DNA of 21,309 bases from Candidatus Micrarchaeia archaeon (GTDB lineage: Archaea > Micrarchaeota > Micrarchaeia > Anstonellales > J096), in assembly GCA_041500865.1 (NCBI GenBank), contig JBGQMY010000021.1, positions 1 to 21,309 on the forward strand, in the 5' to 3' direction. This document shows, piece after piece, positions 1 through 7,523 of this stretch. Numbering within the stretch: the stretch's first letter is position 1; each line of letters opens with the position of its first letter. A program made the position numbers and the translations under genes. The notes beneath the pieces were generated by a model. It did no database searches, had not been told where the DNA came from, and saw nothing but the letters and a program-made list of their open reading frames with translations.

Positions 1-2813
1 AGCTTCATACTGCAGTTAATGACTGCATTTGTGGATGAAACCACTGTGAAGTTCAGGATTGGCATGGAACTGACTCCTGAGCCGTTTGCAGGGTTCTTTG
101 GGGTTACAGTCAATACTGCTACCTGGCCTCCGGTTCCATTGGTGCCAGCCTTTCCAGCTGACCCTCCGCCGGTTCCGTTTCTTGCGCCGATTGCCTGCAC
201 TGTCCCGGTGTTTGTGTAATATGTCGAAGAGATGTTGATGAAACCCCCGCCGCCCCCGCCGCCCCCGCCGCCGCCTGTGCCGCCGCTTCCGCCGGCCCCG
301 CCCACGCCGCCGTTTGCCCGCACTGTCCCGCTGACAGTGATGTTTGAGGCAACCAGCATGATTCTGCCGCCGCCGCCCCCGCCGCCGCCTCCCGTCGCGT
401 TGCTGGCATTCGCGGCGTAGCCTTTGGTTCCATTCGCTATGATGCTGCCGATGACACGTATGAACGAGGATGCGATAAAGGTCACTGTTCCGCCGCCTGG
501 GCCGCCTGCCGCGCCGTTGTTCCCTGTGGCTCTGCCCGCGCCTCCGCCGCCTCCCCCGCCGTTGTTGCCGCCGGTTCCTCGGGTGTTCGAGCTTGTGTTG
601 CTTGCTCCGCCGCCTCCGCCGCCTGCTGTTGAGCCTCCTGCGCCTCCTGCGGCTCCTGCGCCTCCTGCGCCGCCGGTGCCGCCGGTGCCGCCGAACGGCA
701 CGCTGTCGTTATAACCCGCAGAGCCGTTGGCTAAGCCAGTCCCGCCCAGGCCTCCTGCGGCAGCAGGGGTGATGGTGATTATTACCCCGGAATTGATTGT
801 GAGGGAAGCGAACGTGTAGACAGTGGCGTTGTCTATTGTCTGCGAGGCGCTGACGACGCAGCTGCAGCCCGTATAACTGCAGGCAGAGCCGGAGCATGAG
901 GATGTGTTGGTGGGGCAGGTTCCCGAGGAAAGCGTGATGTTGCACCACATGTTGGACGCTGCCTCGTAAGTGCCGTTGTAGGTCTGGTTGGTTTCGTTGA
1001 CTGGCGGCTTCTCAGATATGTTGGTAATGTTGTTTATCGCAGCGTTGAAGACGTCTATGCGCGGGTAGAAAACGCCGCCGTATTGGATGGGAATCCCCGT
1101 TGTCATGAACCGCTGCCCAGTCTCGTATGGCGGCATGTCGGGATTGATTTCCAGGATTAGGGCCGCTGCCCCCGACACATGCGCCACGCTCACCGACGTT
1201 CCGGAAAGCGTCTGCGGCCCGCCGAGCCCCGTGGCGGTTATGCCTTCGCCCGGCGCAAGCAGGTCAACCATGGGGTTGATGTTGGAAAATGATGAGATTG
1301 CGTCGGATTTGTCCGTTGACGCGACCGCCGTGGCGTTCATGGCGCAGGCCGGCTCGGTTATGGCTGACGAGCCGCCGTTGCCGGATGACGCGACGGCAAG
1401 CAGCCCGCCGTCGTATGCGTCCTGGGCCGCCATCGCCACCAGGTCCGAGTCGCAATAGCCAGTGAAGTCCCCCCCGCCGAAGCTCATGGAGATTATCTTT
1501 ATTTTATCCGGCGTCATGTTTCCGCTTGCTGCGGCCTGCCTGCAGTAGTCAATGCCAGATATTATGTCGGATGAATAGCCGTGCCCCGATGCATCCAGCA
1601 CCTTTATGGCGATGATGGTTGCGCCGGGCGCTATCGCATGGATGACGGATGCCATGAACGTGCCGTGGCCGCTGTCGTCCATGCTGTCGTTGTCGCCATT
1701 GGCGAAATCGTAGCCGCTGATTACCTTTCCGCTGAACTGCGCTGCGTTGTAGTCCACGCCAGTATCCAATAAACATATTGCGATGCCGCCGCCGCTTAGG
1801 CTGAATGAGTCCCTGGCCTCATCCGCCCTTATGAGCGGGATGCTGTCCGCAAGCGAGGCGTCCATCGGCGTGTCAAGGTATATGTCCGTTGTCCCTGACT
1901 GGATGAGGGCCGCGAGCGAGTCCTTGCCTATCTCCAGCACGTGCAGGCCGCGGCCGCCTATGGCCTTGAGCTCTGCCAGGTTCGTGCCGCGCAGGCTGAA
2001 GTTCCTGCCGCCCTGCACGATGAGGCGGACTGTCGCGTTTGCAGCCAGCATGTCATATGCCCTGCTGTCCATCCGTGTGCCGTATCCGTTTGACGAGAGC
2101 GTGAGCTGGCCGCCGCGGGGCAGGCGGTGGACTGAGATGTTCGCGAATGAGGCCGAGGCTGGCGGCTGGGGCGGCAGCCACCTGTATGACTGGTTCGTTG
2201 TGTTGCTGATGTTCCCAGCCGGGGGGACAACGGTTTCGTTTGCCACGTCTTTCCATACATCAACGGTTTCTCCCGGGCCTTGGGAGGTATTGACGCTGGC
2301 ATTGGCATACGTCTGGTTTGCGATGACAGTCGCGTTTATCTCTTCCCATATGTCGGTGCTGTTTGCGGTTTCGTTGGGCGGGGGCGAAGTGCCCTGCCCC
2401 GTTCCGTTGGCCTGCGGCGCCGGTGTGCCGTTCCCGGCCGTTCCGTTTTCGGTTTCGTTGTACGCCGGAGCCTCTATGGTGCCGTTGAACTCGGCAGAGC
2501 CGTTCGCCTCGGAGAAAATCCAGGTTTCGTTTTGCTGGGGCGGGGCGGTTTCGCTCTGCGGTGATGTGCTGGCAGGGGCAGGCGGCAGGACAGACCCGTT
2601 CAACTGCGCCCACACCTCCTGCGATTCATTTGGCGGGCAGGGGATGGCAGAACAGTTGGTGGCATTTTCGTATGAGGCGTTTACGTCCTGCCAGACGTCG
2701 GTTCCGTTTTGGCCCTCGCCATTGGCTGATGTCAGGCTAAGACCAGCTAGCAATAGCACTATCGCTAGAAACGCAGCCCCGTACATGGGGGTTGCGGATT
2801 CGTGCTCATCCAT
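1..2813 (-). CDS. Large secreted S8 (subtilisin-like) serine protease with C-terminal glycine-rich repeat region; 3' end truncated by window edge
   Basis: Manual translation from ATG at 2813: MDEHESATPMYGAAFLAIVLLLAGLSLTSA (signal peptide), an N/T/P-rich linker with many N-x-S/T sequons, then subtilase motifs ICLLDTGVD, DDSGHGTFMAS, ISMSFGGG, ASSGNGG and LSGTSVSVAHVSGAAALI, then a Cys-rich segment and poly-Gly repeats. The frame was open in every segment I translated, down to position 3. It is absent from the ORF track, presumably because no stop lies in the window. Confidence 0.9.
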   Translation of the reverse strand, partial: MDEHESATPMYGAAFLAIVLLLAGLSLTSANGEGQNGTDVWQDVNASYENATNCSAIPCPPNESQEVWAQLNGSVLPPAPASTSPQSETAPPQQNETWIFSEANGSAEFNGTIEAPAYNETENGTAGNGTPAPQANGTGQGTSPPPNETANSTDIWEEINATVIANQTYANASVNTSQGPGETVDVWKDVANETVVPPAGNISNTTNQSYRWLPPQPPASASFANISVHRLPRGGQLTLSSNGYGTRMDSRAYDMLAANATVRLIVQGGRNFSLRGTNLAELKAIGGRGLHVLEIGKDSLAALIQSGTTDIYLDTPMDASLADSIPLIRADEARDSFSLSGGGIAICLLDTGVDYNAAQFSGKVISGYDFANGDNDSMDDSGHGTFMASVIHAIAPGATIIAIKVLDASGHGYSSDIISGIDYCRQAAASGNMTPDKIKIISMSFGGGDFTGYCDSDLVAMAAQDAYDGGLLAVASSGNGGSSAITEPACAMNATAVASTDKSDAISSFSNINPMVDLLAPGEGITATGLGGPQTLSGTSVSVAHVSGAAALILEINPDMPPYETGQRFMTTGIPIQYGGVFYPRIDVFNAAINNITNISEKPPVNETNQTYNGTYEAASNMWCNITLSSGTCPTNTSSCSGSACSYTGCSCVVSASQTIDNATVYTFASLTINSGVIITITPAAAGGLGGTGLANGSAGYNDSVPFGGTGGTGGAGGAGAAGGAGGSTAGGGGGGASNTSSNTRGTGGNNGGGGGGGAGRATGNNGAAGGPGGGTVTFIASSFIRVIGSIIANGTKGYAANASNATGGGGGGGGGRIMLVASNITVSGTVRANGGVGGAGGSGGTGGGGGGGGGGGFINISSTYYTNTGTVQAIGARNGTGGGSAGKAGTNGTGGQVAVLTVTPKNPANGSGVSSMPILNFTVVSSTNAVINCSMK

Positions 2814-2839
2814 TTTCAGGCCTCTTGCGACCTTGTTTT

Positions 2840-2850
2840 GTTTTTATAAT
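2840..2850 (-). promoter_or_regulatory. Putative archaeal TATA box for the subtilase gene
   Basis: Minus strand reads TTATAAAA about 30 nt upstream of ATG 2813. Confidence 0.45.
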
Positions 2851-3045
2851 GCCCGTATATAAATAACTTCCTTGATTTATAGTTACAAAGAAACATATAT
2901 TCTAACATTATGCTGCCCTTTTTTGCCTTTTTCGGACTTTTTACGGTTCCCATGGCCTGCCATGCGTCATTGCACTGCATCTGTCCCGGCATGCGCCCGC
3001 CCATCGCAACGGTTTTTAAGGGATATCGCCTAATCCTGGAACAGG

Positions 3046-4143
3046 ATGGGAATACAGGAAAAGCTGAAGGACCTTGAGGACGAGATACTCCGCACGCAGA
3101 AGAACAAGGCGACAGAGCACCACATAGGCCTGCTCAAGGCGAAGATAGCGAAGCTGAGGCGGGCGCAGCTTGAGAAGGGCCCTGGCGGAGGAGGGGGCGG
3201 CGGCTTTGACGTCACGAAAAGCGGGGACGCGACTGTTGCCCTGATTGGTTTTCCGTCAGTCGGCAAATCCACGGTGCTCACAAGCCTGACAAATGCGAAA
3301 AGCAAGATGGCCGAATATGCGTTTACCACGCTGACGGTAATACCGGGCATGCTGAGGTACAACGAAACGGAAATCCAGATTCTTGACCTTCCTGGAATCA
3401 TTGAAGGCGCAAAGGAGGGCCGCGGCCGCGGAAGGGAGATTATCGGCGTCGCAAGAAGCTCTGACATGCTTATCGTGATACTCACGCCGTTCAGCGCTGA
3501 AAAGGAATTCAACACCATACTGAGGGAGCTCAGGGGCGTCGGCATGAGGATGAATGAAAGGCCGCCTGACGTAACGGTTGAAAGGCATCCGCGCGGCGGG
3601 CTCAACATCATAAAGACAAGGAAGCTAACCAAAATAGACGACAGGACCATGAAGGCGATACTCAACGAGTACAGCATACACAACGCGACCGTCATTGTGC
3701 GGGAGGACGTCAATGCGGACGGGTTCATAGACGCGCTTGAGAAAAACCGGGTTTACGTGAAAATGATTGTCATAGTCAACAAGATAGACCTTGCTGACGA
3801 AAAGGAAAGGGATGAACTGAGAAAGAAGTTCAAGGATGCCGTTTTCGTTTCTGCAAAGGACCAGAAGGGCCTTGAGCTGCTGAAGGAAAGGATTTTCAGG
3901 GACCTTGACTTCATACGCATCTTTACCAAGCCGGTGGGAGGAAAGCCGGACATGGACAAGCCCATGATGCTGAAAAGCAAATCAACAGTGAGGGAAGCGG
4001 CGAAGGTGCTGCACAGGGAGCTGGCAAGCAGCCTGCGCTATTGCCTGGTCTGGGGCCCGAGCGCGAGGTTCGGGGGCCAGCGCGTCGGCGGCGACCATGT
4101 GCTGAAGGACGGGGACATAATAACGCTGGTCACGAGGAATTAG
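3046..4143 (+). CDS. drg: DRG/Rbg1-family (OBG-HflX superfamily) GTPase with C-terminal TGS domain
   Basis: N-terminal QKNKATEHHIGLLKAKIAKLR, G1 GFPSVGKS, YAFTT, G3 DLPGIIEGA, G4 NKID, TGS-type end VWGPSARFGGQRVGGDHVLKDGDII. TATA-like TTTTTAA at ~3013-3019. Confidence 0.95.
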   Translation: MGIQEKLKDLEDEILRTQKNKATEHHIGLLKAKIAKLRRAQLEKGPGGGGGGGFDVTKSGDATVALIGFPSVGKSTVLTSLTNAKSKMAEYAFTTLTVIPGMLRYNETEIQILDLPGIIEGAKEGRGRGREIIGVARSSDMLIVILTPFSAEKEFNTILRELRGVGMRMNERPPDVTVERHPRGGLNIIKTRKLTKIDDRTMKAILNEYSIHNATVIVREDVNADGFIDALEKNRVYVKMIVIVNKIDLADEKERDELRKKFKDAVFVSAKDQKGLELLKERIFRDLDFIRIFTKPVGGKPDMDKPMMLKSKSTVREAAKVLHRELASSLRYCLVWGPSARFGGQRVGGDHVLKDGDIITLVTRN

Positions 4144-4183
4144 GAAAATAGACATGTGCCCTCTTTTAAAAAGGCAGACATCC

Positions 4184-4200
4184 CGAAACCTTTTTATATG
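4184..4200 (+). promoter_or_regulatory. Archaeal BRE-TATA promoter (CGAAA-CC-TTTTTATATG) with no downstream plus-strand ORF
   Basis: Purine-rich BRE directly upstream of TTTTATAT. The predicted start (~4218-4222) coincides with the 5' end of the structured element. The next gene is convergent. Confidence 0.65.
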
Positions 4201-4217
4201 TTTTTGACATAGATACA

Positions 4218-4285
4218 GTGTGGGTAAGTCCGCGGGGTCGAGTGCTCCGGATGGTGCACACTAACATGTCTCCGCGGGTCCACAA
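4218..4285 (+). ncRNA. Candidate small structured RNA associated with the DUF3800-type gene
   Basis: Three nested stems: TGTGGGT(4219-4225)/GTCCACA(4278-4284); CCGCGGGG(4230-4237)/CTCCGCGG(4270-4277); GTGC.CC[GGAT]GG.GCAC (4242-4259). G-U pairs favour the plus strand. It is preceded by a correctly spaced promoter and ends 4 nt from the DUF3800 stop. Confidence 0.65.
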
Positions 4286-4288
4286 ATC

Positions 4289-4900
4289 CTAACTCCATAA
4301 TTCAACAGCCCCGCTGTTCGCGATTTTTTTCTCTATTATCCTGTAATATGAATCATCCCCATGCGAGAACTTGCGGTTTGCGGCCCAGGCCACAAAATCA
4401 ACCGCTTGAAGCTGAAGAGACGTATGCGATTCCAGCTGTGATACTGAAACTGTTATACCGCGCATAGAAAGTTGCTTTTCCAAGTATGCTTCCAGTTCAT
4501 GGCGTTGGATGATGTTTTTGTATTTCTTGTCAATCACGAGGCTTATGCTTTCACCGGTTACCTGTTGGCACAATAGCCTGAAAAGCCAGTTGTACAGCTT
4601 ATTCTGCGCAGCCATAAGTCCGGGCAGGATTTTCTTCTTTTCCACGGCAAGTATGAATATTTTGCATTCTAGATCTGCAATTTTCCCAAGTATAAATTTT
4701 CTTATTTCGGGGGTTGTCTTGGCGCCCTTGAGTTCATTGAGCTCTTTCATCTCTTTTTTTAGTTTCCGTTCGCGGGCCCTTTTTATTATTCTACCAAGCG
4801 GCTTGTCGTCCTGTACCTGAATGGCAGCAACTATAAAGTAGCTCGTTCCCAGCTTTCCGAGGTCGCCGCTCTCGTCAACGAAAACAAAATAGTCGGTCAT
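4289..4900 (-). CDS. DUF3800-family protein (predicted RNase H-like fold)
   Basis: MTDYFVFVDESGD N-terminal motif, ELKG, central LVIDK and C-terminal SHTSLQLQAVDFVAWA (Q-x-x-D) match the DUF3800 pattern. Start placed at ATG 4900 rather than 4921. Confidence 0.85.
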   Translation of the reverse strand: MTDYFVFVDESGDLGKLGTSYFIVAAIQVQDDKPLGRIIKRARERKLKKEMKELNELKGAKTTPEIRKFILGKIADLECKIFILAVEKKKILPGLMAAQNKLYNWLFRLLCQQVTGESISLVIDKKYKNIIQRHELEAYLEKQLSMRGITVSVSQLESHTSLQLQAVDFVAWAANRKFSHGDDSYYRIIEKKIANSGAVELWS

Positions 4901-4945
4901 TCTCCGCATCCTTCCGTGCAATATATGTGCAATACCCCAACCGAG

Positions 4946-5080
4946 TTATCCGTATCTTTTCCTGACTTCGCCAAGGGTTTCGGTCCTGAGCTTTTCTGCT
5001 TTTCTTTTAGCTTCAAGCTTGCGCAGCTTTGTGGCAGCAAGAAAGTCCTCGTCATTTAGAAGCGAATGTTCCTTTGCCAT
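4946..5080 (-). CDS. Small basic 44-aa protein, resembles archaeal type II antitoxin C-terminal segments
   Basis: Manual translation MAKEHSLLNDEDFLAATKLRKLEAKRKAEKLRTETLGEVRKRYG*. TTTAAA box at 5103-5108 lies ~25 nt upstream of the ATG. Shorter than any ORF in the supplied track. Confidence 0.65.
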   Translation of the reverse strand: MAKEHSLLNDEDFLAATKLRKLEAKRKAEKLRTETLGEVRKRYG

Positions 5081-5223
5081 GGTGGATAAACGGACTTCTT
5101 GCTTTAAAGCATTGGCAGACGTCGTTGCCAGAGCCTATGTTCAACAGAAAAGCCCATCAAGGCATGCGGCGGCCCTTTGCCGCAGTTGTGCGGCGGTTCG
5201 GGTTAAGGACAATCCGAAGGAAT

Positions 5224-6249
5224 TTACGGCCTGAACCAGCCTATCTCGAAGTACATGTTCTTGCTGCCTTCAAGCATTACGCGCTCAACCGTGTAATATG
5301 AGACTGACGTGTCCCTGTCGACTATCGCAATGAGCATGGCCATGCCCTTTTCAGCGCAGTATGAAAGCGCGGAATGCAGCGCCCTGCCGCTTATGACATC
5401 CGCCTCATAGAACACTTTCACGGCATAGGCTGCGCCCTCCCTTTCGGCAAACATGTCGGGTTTGAACGGGAGCTTGGAAACCAGCTCCGGTATCGCAAGT
5501 ATGAACGTCTTCCTTATGCCATGAGAAATCCTGACCGCCCTTGCCCATTCGCCTGCCTCAATGGTATATTTTTCAGGAAATACCTGCATGACGTGCTTGG
5601 AATGGTCAAAGTTTGACGGCGTTGTTCCTGGAAAGTAAATCCTGAAATCCCCTCCGAACTTGAAGCCTGACTTGAGTATGAACCCAAGCTCCCTCCATTC
5701 TTTGTATATCCGGAAATACTCGTCGAAGTATCTCAGCTTTTTGAGTTCGCCTGAATATTTCAAAAGGCCGAGCCGCTTAAGGAACTCGGCCTCGAACTGG
5801 TCAAGGATGAGCGAGCTGCCAAGGCCCTCCCTTTTGTACACGCCGTGCTGACCAAACCAGTACTCACTATAAAAATTCTTGCCGCCTTCGCAGATGACGA
5901 GGCCCTTGGATGCCGCGCCCCTTATCTTCTCTCCATGGAAGGATGCCTTTTCGCCTTTGTAAAGCTTGGGCTCCTTTGGCGAGCCCTTTGGCTCCGAGCG
6001 CAGGCCAGCCTTGTATCCCCTTGTTGAAAGGTCCCTGAAGACGATGTATTTGTCCAGCGAGCCCCCAATGGAATTAAGTAATGTATCCGGGCTCTCGGCG
6101 CCAAAGCCCTTTATCTCGTAAAGGTATAGCGCCTCTATCGGGTCAAGGCAAAGCACGCCTTTCTTCAGCTCGCCGAGCCCGAAGTTCAGCGCCTTGCTTT
6201 GCTCCGGCCTGTCCATTATGACGGGCCTTTTCCCTTCCGAAGATATCAC
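5224..6249 (-). CDS. endA: tRNA-intron (splicing) endonuclease, three-unit epsilon2-like architecture
   Basis: LDPIEALYL...YIVFRDLSTRGY unit; catalytic unit LKSGFKFGGDFRIY / DHSKH / RISHGIRKT (Tyr-His-Lys triad); extra C-terminal unit IAIVDRDTSVSYY; ends IGWFRP. Start likely GTG 6249, ~25 nt from TTTATAA at 6273-6279. Confidence 0.92.
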   Translation of the reverse strand: MISSEGKRPVIMDRPEQSKALNFGLGELKKGVLCLDPIEALYLYEIKGFGAESPDTLLNSIGGSLDKYIVFRDLSTRGYKAGLRSEPKGSPKEPKLYKGEKASFHGEKIRGAASKGLVICEGGKNFYSEYWFGQHGVYKREGLGSSLILDQFEAEFLKRLGLLKYSGELKKLRYFDEYFRIYKEWRELGFILKSGFKFGGDFRIYFPGTTPSNFDHSKHVMQVFPEKYTIEAGEWARAVRISHGIRKTFILAIPELVSKLPFKPDMFAEREGAAYAVKVFYEADVISGRALHSALSYCAEKGMAMLIAIVDRDTSVSYYTVERVMLEGSKNMYFEIGWFRP

Positions 6250-6271
6250 GGTTATGCATAAAATCAAAGAT

Positions 6272-6280
6272 ATTATAAAG
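6272..6280. promoter_or_regulatory. Probable shared bidirectional TATA element between endA and the AlkD-like gene
   Basis: ATTATAAAG lies ~25 nt from both GTG 6249 (minus) and ATG 6302 (plus) in a 52-nt intergenic gap. Confidence 0.55.
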
Positions 6281-6301
6281 GTTCAAGCATAATAACATGC
6301 C

Positions 6302-6988
6302 ATGGCAATGCCGTTTTCCGAGATAATGGCCTGGATGGAAGGCAAAAGGAGCGAGAAGGACAGGGCTGGCATGGCGCGCTTCGGCATAAACACCGAGAGG
6401 GCCTACGGCATAAGCGTAGCCGACTTAAGGAAGCTTGCCTCCTCAATACCGAAAAACCACGAATTGGCGATGGAACTGTGGGATTCGGGCATCCACGAGG
6501 CAAGGATACTCTCTTCGATGGTGGACGAGGCGGACAAGGTCAGCCAGGAGCAGATGGAAAAACAGGCGTTGGCATTTGACTCGTGGGACCTTTGCGACCA
6601 GGTGTGCATGAACCTGTTCTGCGAAACGCCGTTCGCAAGGAAGAAGGCGCAGGAATGGAGCAAGCGCAGGGAAGAGTACGTAAAAAGGGCGGGCTTCGCC
6701 ATCATGGCATGCCTTGCCACAAAGGACAGCGGGGTCATGGACCTTGCTTTCGTCAATTTCCTTGACGCGGTCAAGCGCGAATCCGGGGACGAGCGCAACT
6801 ACGTGAGGAAGGCAATCAACTGGGCGCTAAGACAGATAGGAAAAAGGAACGCAAAGCTCAACAGGATGGCGATAAAGGCGGCAAAGGGCATATTGAAGAT
6901 GGACTCCAAAAACTCGAAATGGATAGCAAAGGACGCGCTCAGGGAGCTGGAGAGCCCTGCCGTCAAGAAGCGGCTTGGGGGGATTTGA
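6302..6988 (+). CDS. DNA alkylation repair protein (AlkD-like HEAT-repeat glycosylase family)
   Basis: GMARFGIN...YGISVADLRKLA, ELWDSGIHEARIL, FDSWDLCD, DERNYVRKAINWALRQIGKRN. Confidence 0.88.
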   Translation: MAMPFSEIMAWMEGKRSEKDRAGMARFGINTERAYGISVADLRKLASSIPKNHELAMELWDSGIHEARILSSMVDEADKVSQEQMEKQALAFDSWDLCDQVCMNLFCETPFARKKAQEWSKRREEYVKRAGFAIMACLATKDSGVMDLAFVNFLDAVKRESGDERNYVRKAINWALRQIGKRNAKLNRMAIKAAKGILKMDSKNSKWIAKDALRELESPAVKKRLGGI

Positions 6989-7093
6989 CTCCAAGCTCGG
7001 CGAAAAGCGCGGCTTCAGGGGCAAAGCCGGTTTGATGGAAAGGCATAAAAAGAGGCCCTGGCAATACGGAATAACCAAAAGGGGTGAACAACG

Positions 7094-7408
7094 ATGGCAG
7101 AGGAAACGCAGGAAGAGCACAAGGAACACAGGGCGGACGACAACACGGTATTCGTCGGCAAGAAACCGTCCATGGGATACGTGCTTGCGGCGCTTACCCA
7201 GTTCACGAACGGCGCCACGGAGATAGGCGTGAAGGCGCGCGGAAAGCTCACCTCCAAGGCGATAGACGTTGTCCAGATACTCAAGAACAGGTACCTCAGC
7301 GACGTGCAGATAAAGGAAGTGAAGATAGGCACCGAGGAGCTGACCGGAGAGGACGGCAGGGTCAACAGGGTTTCAACGATAGAAATCTACCTTTCAAAGC
7401 CAAAGTAA
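7094..7408 (+). CDS. albA: DNA/RNA-binding protein Alba
   Basis: VFVGKKPSMGYVLA, VKARGKLTSKAIDVVQI, IGTEEL...NRVSTIEIYL. SD GGGGTGA at 7081-7087. Confidence 0.96.
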   Translation: MAEETQEEHKEHRADDNTVFVGKKPSMGYVLAALTQFTNGATEIGVKARGKLTSKAIDVVQILKNRYLSDVQIKEVKIGTEELTGEDGRVNRVSTIEIYLSKPK

Positions 7409-7523
7409 GCGCGGCTTTTCGGCCTGTTTGGCGCAATCTCACTATCACTAATCGCTATATATAGGGCCTAATTTTGGCAAATGGTTAAAAACGGTTGTAT
7501 GCATAAACACCGGTGCGGATTTC

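Noticed and set aside
240..700. (CCG)n low-complexity repeats as a CRISPR array or VNTR
   Set aside because: They are polyglycine codons with no repeat-spacer periodicity.
19..2862. Plus-strand proline-rich ORFs and the 359-aa ORF in the track
   Set aside because: Antisense shadows of the minus-strand Gly-rich subtilase (GGC repeats read as CCG/GCC).
2863..3045. CATG-rich intergenic stretch with a short CATGG/CCATG hairpin as an ncRNA
   Set aside because: Only a 5-6 bp stem, with no extended structure or clear dedicated promoter.
4150..4271. AGACATGT (4150-4157) complementary to ACATGTCT (4264-4271) in the RNA loop, as a guide-target pair
   Set aside because: Only 8 nt and largely palindromic, so plausible by chance without comparative support.
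4218..4285. Element as tRNA, SRP RNA, H/ACA guide or bulge-helix-bulge substrate of the nearby EndA
   Set aside because: There is no cloverleaf or TTC loop, no SRP helix-8 motif and no clear K-turn, and the ACA is paired in the closing stem. The helix next to the bulge is 8 bp, not 4. A plain terminator is also unlikely because there is no U-tract and a promoter lies upstream.
7005..7417. AAGCGCGGCTT on both sides of alba (7005-7015, 7407-7417), whose reverse complement resembles part of the lhr repeat core
   Set aside because: Many 10-11-mer matches are expected by chance in 21 kb, and there is no other sign of mobility.
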